Assembly: GCA_963792585.1 (NCBI GenBank)
Contig: CAWBWI010000003.1
Coordinates: 448,001-512,000 of the forward strand
From: Candidatus Eiseniibacteriota bacterium
GTDB lineage: Bacteria > Eisenbacteria > RBG-16-71-46 > CAIMUX01 > VGJL01
Reading direction: 5' to 3'
DNA length: 64,000 nt
Part shown: positions 29,242 through 38,617 of the stretch, piece after piece
Position numbering within the stretch: the stretch's first letter is position 1
How the letters are laid out: each line of letters opens with the position of its first letter
Translations under genes and position numbers: made by a program
The notes under the pieces: model-generated
The model's database searches: none
Told to the model about the DNA's origin: nothing
The model's input: the letters and a program-made list of their open reading frames with translations, nothing else

Positions 29242-31271
29242 CTACCGCGGTTTCCGACCGCGAACGAGCCACCGATCGAACCAGCCCGAGATTCGCTCGA
29301 GGCGCTCGATCCTGCGATCCGGGCGGCCGCCGCGGCTCATGCCGTGCGACTCGTCCGGATACCGATGGAATTCGACAGGAACCCCGCGCGCCTTGAGCGC
29401 GGCGAACAACTGCTCCGCTTGCTCGATCGGGCAGCGGTCGTCCCGCTCCTGGTGCTCGATCAAGGTCGGCGTGCGAACCGCGTCGATGTAGCTGATCGGC
29501 GACATCGACAGGTAGTGGGCCGGATCACGCCACGCGATCTTCCCGCCGAAGACCCGCCACCATGCGTACCCGAAGTCGCTCGATCCCGCGAAGCTCGATC
29601 AGGTTCACGACGCTGCGGCTGCGTGATGGCTGCGCCGAACCGGGTCGTGTGTCCGATGATCCAGTTGGTCATGTAGCCGCCGTAACTGCCGCCCGCCACG
29701 CCGATCCGATGCCGATCGACGCGGGGCGCCTGCCGGAGGGCCTCATCGGTGAATTTCATCAGATCGTCGTAGTCGACCGTGCCCCACGCGTCGAAGATCG
29801 CCGCGAGGTGCTTCTGGCTGTATCCGGTTCCTCCTCGAGGATTCGAGTAGAAGACGGTGTAGCCCTTCCCGGCGAGGTACTGGAACTCGTGGAAGAAGAC
29901 CCTTCCGTATTGCGTTGCAGGGCCGCCGTGAATGTACAAGATCGCCGGTCCCTTGGATGTCGCGCGGGTCCTTCCGGGGAGGATCCACCCCTGCAGCTTG
30001 TGACGCCCCTTGCCTTCGAACCAGAACTCCTCGGGCTGGACGACGATCCGATCGTCGAGCCACTTGTTGAAGCTCGTCATGGTCTTCATCGTCATCTCGG
30101 GACCGCTGAATGCACGAACCTCCCCGGGGGTGTGCGTGTCGGCGAAGGATGCATAGGCGGTGCGCGTCGCGAAGTGGATGTCGTAGTCGACGATCACGCC
30201 CAGGCGTGTGATCACAGGGGTCGCCTTGCGCCGGCGGATCTGGCTGCGCCAGAGCTGGGTGCTCCCCTCGCTGCTGACGACGAAGTAGACCCACTGGCTG
30301 TCGGGCGACCAGATCGGCGGCGGTGTCGACCCCGTGCCGAACGTGTCGTTGATCGTCGAGTTGTCGCACCCGCGATCCAGGTCCGCCGCGAGTTCGACGG
30401 GACGCCCGCCTCCAGCCGGCACGAGCCAGAGCTTCGTGTGCCGCGTGTTCCATGGAGCGTCCGCGTCGTCGTGGCCGAGGAATGCGATCCACTGCCCGTC
30501 GGGGCTGATCGAGAAGTTGGTCGACGGTCCATCGAAGGTGCGAACGCGCTCCACATCTCCACCGCGGGCGCGGACCTTCCAGATCGACACCCGCTCGAGG
30601 TCGAAATCGGGATTGGCGGTGCGATTGCTGTTGAAGTAGATCCACCGGCCGTCGGGAGACCAGGTGGGCGAGGACTCGTCGTACCGATCGTCGGTGGTCA
30701 GCGGCTTTGCCTTGCCCGTCTCGACGTCGACGATCCAGATGTGGAAACGTCCTTTGGGGATGAACCCCATGCCGTCGAGCTTGTAGAAGAGTCTCGTGAT
30801 CGTTCGTACCGCCGGGGCTTCGGCGCCGGGCTCGCCGCGCTTCTTCTTCTCCTCGCGCTCCTTCGCATCGGGATCCTGCGGAACGTGCACGATCGCGAGT
30901 TTGCGCCCATTGGGGGAGAACTCGAACTCGGTGATCAAGCCGCCGAGCTTCGTGAGCTGCTTCGCCTCGCCCCCGTCGGTCGGCATCGTCCAGATCTCGG
31001 ATTTGCCCGAGCGGGCGGAAAGGAATGCCAGCGTGCGGCCGTCGGGGGAGAAGCGGGGCCGGCTGTCGCCGCCCTTGCCCTGCGTGAACGGGCGCGCGGG
31101 TCCTCCGTCGGTCGGGACCATCCAGATGTGGCTCAGGTTCTTCAGCGTCTCCTTGTCGGGACGGCTTACCACGACCGCGACGTTCCTTCCGTTGGGAGAG
31201 AGACGACAGGTGGTCGGCTGCTGGATCTTGTAGATATCGTCTGCCTGAATCGGCACGGGCTTGCGTGGCAT
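29242..31271 (-). CDS. S9 family peptidase (acylaminoacyl/dipeptidyl peptidase); frameshifts near the 3' end
   Basis: PD40-like SPDG repeats, IHGGP, NPRG, GGSYGG, DDRCP, ESHG catalytic triad motifs. Confidence 0.9.
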
Positions 31272-31489
31272 CGCGATCCTCCTTATCGATGCGAAAGTGT
31301 CACCCGGGCACTCTACGCCCTTCACCGGGCGGCGGCAAAGGGGCGCGCGACCGGGCCTTCCCCCGGCGTGGGGTCCGCTGCATAATCCGACCCGGAGGCG
31401 ACAGACACGGGAGGCGCGATGTCGATGCACGGGATCCGACCGCCGCGAGAGCGGCGGAGCGCGCGGCGGCCGCCCGCCCGGGAGAGCTC

Positions 31490-32737
31490 CTGAGCGCCGG
31501 TGAAGAGAATCTGAAGGGGTTTCGGGCGCTCGTGCTGGGCGGCACGGGGCTCATCGGATCCCACGTCGTGCGATCGTTGCTCGCCCGGGGGGCTTCCGTC
31601 CGCGTTCTATCCCGCCGGCCGGACGCGACACCGGCGTTGAGCGGCCTCGATGTCGAGATCGTCGGGGGAAATCTCGATCGCCCGGAATCGCTTCGCGCCG
31701 CCCTCGAGGGGGTCGATCTTCTCTTTCATGCCGCCGCGCCTTACCCGACGCGCCACTTCGGCATGGACGGGATGATTCGCCGCGCGGAGACGGACATGGA
31801 AGCGCTCCTTGCGATCTGCAGGGAGATGACCCCGCCCCAGCTGCTCGCATTTCGACCCCGTCATGCCGACCAGGTGGCGATCGAGCAGGCCGAGATGGCG
31901 GCGCACGTGTTGCGCGTTCAACCCGAGCGATCCGGAGAGATCCGCGCGAGCGTGCGTGATCCCTCCTTGCTGCCCCTGGCGGAGAGGGGAATGTTGAACG
32001 CCTCCTTGCACCCAACGTTGGATGCTTGCCGTTCCGTGCCCGGATTGAAGCGGATCGTCTACACGAGCAGCGTCACCACGATCGGCAAACCAAGGGGGAG
32101 CGAACCCGGCCTCGATGCGCGCCGCCCGGCGCGTGAGAGTGATCGTTACGATCTCGCGCCGGACCCGTCTCCGTATTTCGCCCTGAAGAGGATCCTCGAG
32201 GCGGCGGTCGCGCGTGCCGCGAACGAAGGTCTGCCCGCCGTGATCGCGAACCCGACCCTCGTCATCGATGGGGGAGATGCCCACATGACGACGGGGCGGC
32301 TGGTCGTGCCGATCCTGCGTCGGCGCATGCCCTTCTTCGTCCCCGGTCGCGTGAACGTGATCGCCGGCCGCGACGTCGGCGAGGGACTCGTCCTTGCCGC
32401 GCTCCGCGGTCGAACGGCGCAGCGCTACATCCTCGGAAACGAGGAGATGAGCTTGCGGGCCTTCATGTCCATGATCGCGCAGGAGGCGGATGTCCCGGGC
32501 CCTTGGATCCCGGTTCCCTATGTGGTGGCCGAGCCGTTGTCGCTGACGACGGAACTGGTGGCGAAACTGACCCACGCGACATGGGCGGCGATGCCGACCC
32601 ACGGACTGCGGATGCTCCGCTTCACGCGCAGGGTCGACGCGACCCTCGCGGTTCGCGAGTTGGGACTCGTCCTGACGCCCGTTCGCTATGCGGTGCGCCG
32701 CGCCGTGGCCTGGTTTCGGGCGCAGGGGATGGTCTAG
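31490..32737 (+). CDS. NAD-dependent epimerase/dehydratase (HpnA/DFR-like); start uncertain
   Basis: GGTGLIG, FHAAA, VYTSS, YFALK (YxxxK), RYILG. Confidence 0.8.
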   Translation: MSAGEENLKGFRALVLGGTGLIGSHVVRSLLARGASVRVLSRRPDATPALSGLDVEIVGGNLDRPESLRAALEGVDLLFHAAAPYPTRHFGMDGMIRRAETDMEALLAICREMTPPQLLAFRPRHADQVAIEQAEMAAHVLRVQPERSGEIRASVRDPSLLPLAERGMLNASLHPTLDACRSVPGLKRIVYTSSVTTIGKPRGSEPGLDARRPARESDRYDLAPDPSPYFALKRILEAAVARAANEGLPAVIANPTLVIDGGDAHMTTGRLVVPILRRRMPFFVPGRVNVIAGRDVGEGLVLAALRGRTAQRYILGNEEMSLRAFMSMIAQEADVPGPWIPVPYVVAEPLSLTTELVAKLTHATWAAMPTHGLRMLRFTRRVDATLAVRELGLVLTPVRYAVRRAVAWFRAQGMV

Positions 32738-32743
32738 CGGCGT

Positions 32744-33691
32744 TTACACCAGATGCGGCGTTTCGCGCCGGAACCGATCCACCTCTTCGGCGCCGCGCGG
32801 GATGCCCTCGCGACCGCCGAGTCTTCGGCATTTCATCGCGGCGACCGCGTTGCTGAAGTCGATCGCCTCGCGAAGCTCCATACCCCGGAGAATGGTCCAC
32901 GCGAATGCGCCGTGGAAGACGTCGCCCGATCCGGTCGTGTCGACGGCCTCGACGGCATAGCCGGGGAATCCCTCGACGCGTCCGTCGATGCGGGCGATCG
33001 CCCCGCGGGGGCCTTGGGTCACGATGACGAGCGCGCCCCCCGAACGATCCTCGAGCAACTCCATCGCGCGGGGGAGATCGTCGACGCCCGTGGCGATCGA
33101 GGGGAAACGCGCGTCGGAGACCAGCAGATCGACCATCGGAAGGAACGCGTCGTGGCCGGGGCGCACTGCCTCGAGATCGGCCAGGACCGGCATGCCGGAC
33201 TCTCTCGCGATCGCGGCGGCGCGCGCGGCGGAGTGAGGGTTCTGCGCGTCGGTGTAGAAGAGCCTTCCCGAGACGACCAGCTCCGGAACGACTTCTTCGG
33301 GTTCGAGCGGGATTCCGGGTCCGCGTCCCCAGACGATCGTCCTCTCCCCCGTCTCCTCGTGGACCAGTATGAATGCCCGCTGCGTGAAGGCGTGCGGACG
33401 GACCAGGACCCCTTCGACGTCGACCCCTTCGTCCCGCAGTGCGCGGACATTGGCCCGACCGTCTTCGTCATCACCGACACCGCCCATGTAGCGCGACCGC
33501 CCGCCGAGTCGGCTTACGGTGACCATCGCGGTCGCGGTGCGGCCGCCGCCCTGTCGGGACCAGCGGGAGAAGGAGACCTTCTCTCCAGGTTCCGGGAACC
33601 GAGGGATCGTCACGATGGTGTCGGCTGCGTTTCCGCCCAGGCCGACCACATCGAAGGGACGATGCGCGGGAAGGGCTGGAGGAAAGCGCAT
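32744..33691 (-). CDS. PfkB family carbohydrate kinase
   Basis: QGGG..AT, VGDD..G, TQGPRG, VDTTGSGDVFHGAF. Confidence 0.9.
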   Translation of the reverse strand: MRFPPALPAHRPFDVVGLGGNAADTIVTIPRFPEPGEKVSFSRWSRQGGGRTATAMVTVSRLGGRSRYMGGVGDDEDGRANVRALRDEGVDVEGVLVRPHAFTQRAFILVHEETGERTIVWGRGPGIPLEPEEVVPELVVSGRLFYTDAQNPHSAARAAAIARESGMPVLADLEAVRPGHDAFLPMVDLLVSDARFPSIATGVDDLPRAMELLEDRSGGALVIVTQGPRGAIARIDGRVEGFPGYAVEAVDTTGSGDVFHGAFAWTILRGMELREAIDFSNAVAAMKCRRLGGREGIPRGAEEVDRFRRETPHLV

Positions 33692-33696
33692 CCGTC

Positions 33697-35127
33697 TCAG
33701 TCGTCCCAACGGGCGATGTCGAACGAGTCGTGACCTCCCGCCTGCAGGAAACGGCCGCCGACGAAGAGGCTTCCCTGCGCCGGAACCAACGCGAAGACGG
33801 TCGGGGACGCGCCGGTCAGGCCGGATCCCATCGCAGACCAGGATGCTCCATCCCACCGTGCGATCCGTTCCACGGCGGCGCCTCCGGCCAGGGTGAAGTC
33901 GCCTCCGGCGATGAGGCGGTTCCCGTAGATCGTCAACGCGCGAACGCCGAAGCCGTTCATTCCCGAGCCGAGCGCACGCCATGAGGTCCCGTTCCAAGCC
34001 GCGACGTTCGACACCGAAACGCCGCCCGCGAGATTGAAGGTCCCGCTTGCGATCAACGAGTTGTCGAAGACGGCCAGGGCGGCGATGGTGCCGCCGATTC
34101 CGGTTCCGACGTTGCTCCAGGTCGATCCGTCCCAACGGGCGACACGGTTGACCTCAACATCCCCTGCGAAGCGGAAGACGCCGCCGGCGTAGAGCGAGCC
34201 TTCGTATATGGCCAGGGCGAGAACGGCTCCGTCGAGTCCATCGCCGAGGGCCCGCCATGTCGCTCCGTCCCAGCGGGCGACATAGAATACCTCTTCGCTC
34301 CCGGCCTGCGAGAAGATCCCGCCGGCGATCAGGTCTCCTTCGAAGGTGGTGAGGGCATAGACATCGTCGTTGAGTCCGGTCCCGATCGGTAGCCAGATCG
34401 TTCCGTCCCAACGGGCGACGTGTCCCATCGACACGGAGCCGGACGCGGTGAAAAGGCCCCCCGCGACGAGGTCGTCTTCGAAAACGGTGAGACAGGAGAC
34501 ATCATCGTCGAAGCCTTCGCCGAGCGCACTCCATGTCGTCCCGTTCCAGGAGGCGACATGCTCCGCGGGCGTGCCCCCCGCGTAGAGGAACTTGCCGCCC
34601 GCAACGAGAGCGCCGTTGAACTCGACCAGCGCGTTGACGGGCGCCTCCGTCCCTGCCCCCTGTGGGGGCAGACCGAAGCGGTCCGACCAACGGACATCGG
34701 GGAGGTCCTCGGGCGTTCGGCAACTCGCGAGATTCGAGAGAGCGGACCAGTTGTTCGCCTCGTCGGCGGTTCTCTGCGCAAAGTACCAGGTCGTATCGGC
34801 AAGCACCCCGGTCAGGCGCAGACTCTGCTGCGTACCGGCGGCTCCAGGCGCAGGGGGCGCGGCAACGAGCTGAGCCGTTGTCCGGTTCTGCTCGGTGATC
34901 GGGAACAAGGCATAGCGAATCTCATAGCGGTTCGCCGTGCCCGTGGCGCCGTCGTCGCCCGGCGCCGTCCACGCGAGGCGGACTGTCGTCGGGGAGACAG
35001 GCGTCGCGACGAGTGTGGTGACCGCCGCGGGCGGCGCGACATCCGCCGGCGCCGACGGCTTGTCGCCCTTGCCGCAGCCGGCAATGAGCATGGTCACGGA
35101 TGCCAGGACGGCACAACGCTTCATCAT
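33697..35127 (-). CDS. Lipoprotein with FN3-like domain and WDG-repeat beta-propeller
   Basis: Lipobox IAGC; LAWTAPGDDG..GTA..YEIRY; about 7 repeats of L.AGG.F..AGG....VARWDG..W..LG.G. Confidence 0.8.
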   Translation of the reverse strand: MMKRCAVLASVTMLIAGCGKGDKPSAPADVAPPAAVTTLVATPVSPTTVRLAWTAPGDDGATGTANRYEIRYALFPITEQNRTTAQLVAAPPAPGAAGTQQSLRLTGVLADTTWYFAQRTADEANNWSALSNLASCRTPEDLPDVRWSDRFGLPPQGAGTEAPVNALVEFNGALVAGGKFLYAGGTPAEHVASWNGTTWSALGEGFDDDVSCLTVFEDDLVAGGLFTASGSVSMGHVARWDGTIWLPIGTGLNDDVYALTTFEGDLIAGGIFSQAGSEEVFYVARWDGATWRALGDGLDGAVLALAIYEGSLYAGGVFRFAGDVEVNRVARWDGSTWSNVGTGIGGTIAALAVFDNSLIASGTFNLAGGVSVSNVAAWNGTSWRALGSGMNGFGVRALTIYGNRLIAGGDFTLAGGAAVERIARWDGASWSAMGSGLTGASPTVFALVPAQGSLFVGGRFLQAGGHDSFDIARWDD

Positions 35128-35331
35128 GGGTCGCTCCTCCTCAGGTCGTTGCGCGTGAGTTTCGCATCGGTGGAGAGCGGGCCGGATGCGTCGGCACGGA
35201 GATCGGTGATGAGCCCGATCGGGGCGCAGCAAAGAAGGAGGGCGGCAAATGTGCGCCGTGCGACAGTCGGGGGTTCGGCTCGGGTCATCGAGGGGGGATG
35301 GTACCACAGACGGCCCGAGCCGGCCTTCCCC

Positions 35332-35793
35332 CTAGGAACTCAGGTCGACTCCTTCGAGCCGCTTCACGACGGCGGTCAAGATCCCGATCGGCAAGGATAC
35401 GTAGACCTTCTCCTCGATCGAGGTGATGTCCACCACCAGCTTTCGGTCGTGCTTCCGGATATCGACCGTCTCATGCGGGGAATCGACGCGGACGAGCAGG
35501 AAGTCGGGAGAATCCGCGAGGGCTTTCGCCACCGCGTGAATTGCGGGGGTCCAGCTCGCCGCTTCCCGGGCCGCGTTGCGCAGCGGCGCGTCGGGCACGG
35601 CCCGGAGGGCGATCGGGACGAGGATGGCCGGGATCCGGATCGCGAGATCCGTCCCGTGCGGGCCCGCCTCCTGGACCCGGACGACGAGCATGCCGGCGCG
35701 GTATGCATTGACCCCGAATGTGGTGACGGCGACCGTGAAGAGGATCACCAAGCATCCCAGGACGATCCATAAAGGTCGCGTGCGCGGGTTCAT
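35332..35793 (-). CDS. Hypothetical membrane-anchored protein (paralog of 35811-36380)
   Basis: N-terminal TM helix; shares V(D)SP.E.V.I.K and I.(I/L)P..LV motifs with its neighbour. Confidence 0.7.
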   Translation of the reverse strand: MNPRTRPLWIVLGCLVILFTVAVTTFGVNAYRAGMLVVRVQEAGPHGTDLAIRIPAILVPIALRAVPDAPLRNAAREAASWTPAIHAVAKALADSPDFLLVRVDSPHETVDIRKHDRKLVVDITSIEEKVYVSLPIGILTAVVKRLEGVDLSS

Positions 35794-35810
35794 TCAATCC
35801 TCTCCTTCAA

Positions 35811-36380
35811 TCAGTCGGCGGTCGCTTTGCCATCCACCCAGATCCGAACCGTCTCGTCTTCTTCGTGGACGGTGACCAACTCGGCCTCGTCCGACCCTAG
35901 GACGGCGACCGCCGCCGAAACGTTCAACTGCCCCGGAGGGCCCGACAGAAGAGCCTCCAGAATATCCATCCGGACCTTGACGTCGACCGTCTCCGGCTCG
36001 GGGCCGGTATTGCGGACCTTGATGAGGAGCAGGCCCTTCTCCTTGTTGATCCGGACCTTCTCGTCGGGGCTGTCGACGGTCACGTATTCGCCGTCCGGGG
36101 CGTCCTTGAGGGCCGCCAACATCCCCCGGAAGTCCATATCTCCATGTGTGTCAAGGCTATCCAGGTGTAGATAGCCGCCGTGGAACCGGCCGTCCTTGAT
36201 CATGGGGAGGACTTCCGCAACCAGGCGGATGGGGAGGTTGATACGGACCGTCTCGGCCTCGGGCCCCTTCTGATCGACCTTCACATGGAGCCAGTGGGTG
36301 TCGGCATTGGGCGTGCCCGCGGTGGCGAGCGTCGTGAAGCCGGCCAGGGCGATCAGAGCGGGAAGAAATCTGCGCATCAT
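35811..36380 (-). CDS. Hypothetical secreted protein
   Basis: GGAGG RBS; signal MMRRFLPALIALAGFTTLATA; WLHVKV...VRINLP. Confidence 0.75.
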   Translation of the reverse strand: MMRRFLPALIALAGFTTLATAGTPNADTHWLHVKVDQKGPEAETVRINLPIRLVAEVLPMIKDGRFHGGYLHLDSLDTHGDMDFRGMLAALKDAPDGEYVTVDSPDEKVRINKEKGLLLIKVRNTGPEPETVDVKVRMDILEALLSGPPGQLNVSAAVAVLGSDEAELVTVHEEDETVRIWVDGKATAD

Positions 36381-36443
36381 GGCGTCACCTCCGGGGTTGC
36401 CCGTCTCGGGGACGGGGCTGCGGGTCAAATGCGATGGATGCCA

Positions 36444-36470
36444 TACGCGCGGAGGGGGAGGGGGGTTGCA
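36444..36470 (-). promoter_or_regulatory. Candidate ECF-sigma promoter
   Basis: Minus-strand TGCAAC-N17-CGTA upstream of 36380; resembles SigW-type -35/-10 elements. Confidence 0.4.
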
Positions 36471-36515
36471 TTCCGGGTGGGACGAAGGTCCCCCGATCGG
36501 GGTAGGCTCGATGTC

Positions 36516-37640
36516 ATGGCTTCCGACCGCCCCCGTCGCCATGGACTCTGGAAAGCGCTGCTCATCTGCGGGCTGTGGGCGGCGTTCGCCGCCTTCTATT
36601 CCGCGCAGTCCTACTATTTCCGGATCGCCGTCGGACGCCCAGAGTCCCTCGGACACCTGCTGCCGAGGGAGCTTTTCTATGTGGCGTTGTGGGGCCTGGC
36701 CACCCCCTGGATCCTGAGCATCGCGCGACGCCTGCCGGTGGACCGACGCAACTGGCACGTGCGGATTCCGGCACACGTGGGGCTCGCGTTCGTCTTCGCG
36801 ATCGCGCAACGGATCATCTATGACGCGACCCGCATGGGGCTCCGCGCGCGGGGCGAAGGCGTCTTCGACGGGAGCGCCTTTGGTCAGTCGGTGATCGGTT
36901 CCTTCGACTACGGGATGTTCCTCTACTTCATCGTGCTCCTGATCGGCTTGGCGCTGGGCTACTACGAGCGATTCCAGAGGGAGCAGGAGGGGACTTCGCG
37001 GCTGCGTGCCGATCTGGCCGCCGCCCGCCTGTCCACGCTCCAGATGCAGCTCCAACCGCACTTCCTCTTCAACACGTTGAATGCGATCGCGGTCCTGATT
37101 CGAACCGACCCCGATGCTGCGGGGAAGATGGTGGGCCGTTTGGGGGACTTTCTCAGGGCGACCTTGGAGAACCGCGACGTGCGGCTCATCCCTCTGCGTC
37201 GCGAGCTGGAGTTGCTGGACACCTACCTCGAAATCGAGGGTGTTCGCTTCGGCGACCGGCTGCGGATCGAGAGGGAGGTCGACCCGCGGGTGCTCGACGC
37301 GACGGTGCCCTTCTTGATCCTCCAGCCCCTCGTCGAGAACGCGATCCGCCATGGAATCGGCGAGAATCCCGGTCCCGGCATGATCGGGATCGGGGCGCGC
37401 CCGGATGGCGGGTTCCTCGTTCTCGAGGTGCGGGACAATGGGGACGCGGCGCCGATGCGCCGGGGGTCGGAAGCAGGTCACGGACTTGGGCTCGCGAACA
37501 CCCGGGCGCGGTTGCGGGAGCTCTACGGTGATCGACAGGACGCGCAGCTCACGACCGATCCGGGAGGCGGCACCGTCGCGACCCTGCATCTTCCCCTCCA
37601 GTCTCTGTCCGCGCCGCCGCCGGCCGGGGAGCCGAGATGA
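36516..37640 (+). CDS. LytS/YehU-family sensor histidine kinase
   Basis: Several TM helices, QLQPHFLFNTLNAI, LQPLVENAIRHG, DNG, GLGLAN. Confidence 0.9.
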   Translation: MASDRPRRHGLWKALLICGLWAAFAAFYSAQSYYFRIAVGRPESLGHLLPRELFYVALWGLATPWILSIARRLPVDRRNWHVRIPAHVGLAFVFAIAQRIIYDATRMGLRARGEGVFDGSAFGQSVIGSFDYGMFLYFIVLLIGLALGYYERFQREQEGTSRLRADLAAARLSTLQMQLQPHFLFNTLNAIAVLIRTDPDAAGKMVGRLGDFLRATLENRDVRLIPLRRELELLDTYLEIEGVRFGDRLRIEREVDPRVLDATVPFLILQPLVENAIRHGIGENPGPGMIGIGARPDGGFLVLEVRDNGDAAPMRRGSEAGHGLGLANTRARLRELYGDRQDAQLTTDPGGGTVATLHLPLQSLSAPPPAGEPR

Positions 37641-38404
37641 AGATCCGCGCCCTGATCGTCGATGACGAGCCGCTCGCGCGTCGCGGCGTCCGGGACCTGC
37701 TCGCCATGGAAGAAGATGTCGAGGTGGTGGGCGAATCGGCCGACGGGCTGCGCGCGATCGAGGATCTTCAGGCCCTCGCGCCCGACCTCGTCTTCCTGGA
37801 CGTGCAGATGCCCGGCCTCGATGGATTCGAGGTCCTGGAGTCGATCGACCCGGAGCGGATGCCTGCGGTCGTATTCACGACCGCGCACGACGCCCATGCC
37901 CTACGCGCGTTCGACGCCCACGCAGTCGACTACCTGCTCAAGCCCCTCGATCCGGAGCGCTTCCGCGCGGCGCTGGCGCGTGCGCGCGAGGTCCTCCTGG
38001 GCCGGACGAGTGGGGCGGTGCACGGCCGCCTCCGCGCGCTCCTCGCCGCGACGAAGAGCGTGCGGCCGCTCGAGCGTCTCCTGGTCCGGTCGGCAGGTGG
38101 GCTCACGGTCGTACCCCTGGAGGAGATCGACTGGATCGAGGCGGACGGCGACTACGCGCGCCTTCACACCCGCGGCCGGCAGGAACTGCTCCGCGAGACG
38201 CTGCAATCGCTCGAGACCCGCCTCGACCCGTCCGCTTGGGCGCGCATCCACCGGTCGTACCTCGTGAGGATCGATCGCGTGAGACAGGTGAGGACGCTCG
38301 AGAACGGGGACGGCGCCGCGATCCTGGATGGAGGCATTCAACTCCCGGTCAGCCGCACCCACCGCGAGGCGCTTCTGCGCGCCCTCCGGGGAACCGAGGC
38401 CTGA
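37637..38404 (+). CDS. LytTR-family response regulator
   Basis: DDEPLAR, FLDVQMP, DYLLKP, RIHRSY, VSR. Confidence 0.93.
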   Translation: MKIRALIVDDEPLARRGVRDLLAMEEDVEVVGESADGLRAIEDLQALAPDLVFLDVQMPGLDGFEVLESIDPERMPAVVFTTAHDAHALRAFDAHAVDYLLKPLDPERFRAALARAREVLLGRTSGAVHGRLRALLAATKSVRPLERLLVRSAGGLTVVPLEEIDWIEADGDYARLHTRGRQELLRETLQSLETRLDPSAWARIHRSYLVRIDRVRQVRTLENGDGAAILDGGIQLPVSRTHREALLRALRGTEA

Positions 38405-38617
38405 AGCCGACCCCCGCGGGGGGGAGCTCCTTTCTGGGCTCCCCCGTTCCGCCGCACCGTTCCCTCGGTCCGGCGCGCCCCTGCAACCGCCTGCCGCTTC
38501 TCCATGGCGCTCCCCCTAAACCTAACAGAACATTGTAGTTACGATACGGTCCTGCCGGGGACCAACCAACCGAACGGGTCGCTGTCCGGATGTCCGGGCG
38601 CCGACCAGGGGGTCAAG

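Noticed and set aside
33720..34620. Periodic DNA repeats as a CRISPR array or tandem repeat (also 38900-39800)
   Set aside because: The periodicity reflects degenerate protein repeats (WDG and FG-GAP blades). There is no identical repeat-spacer structure.
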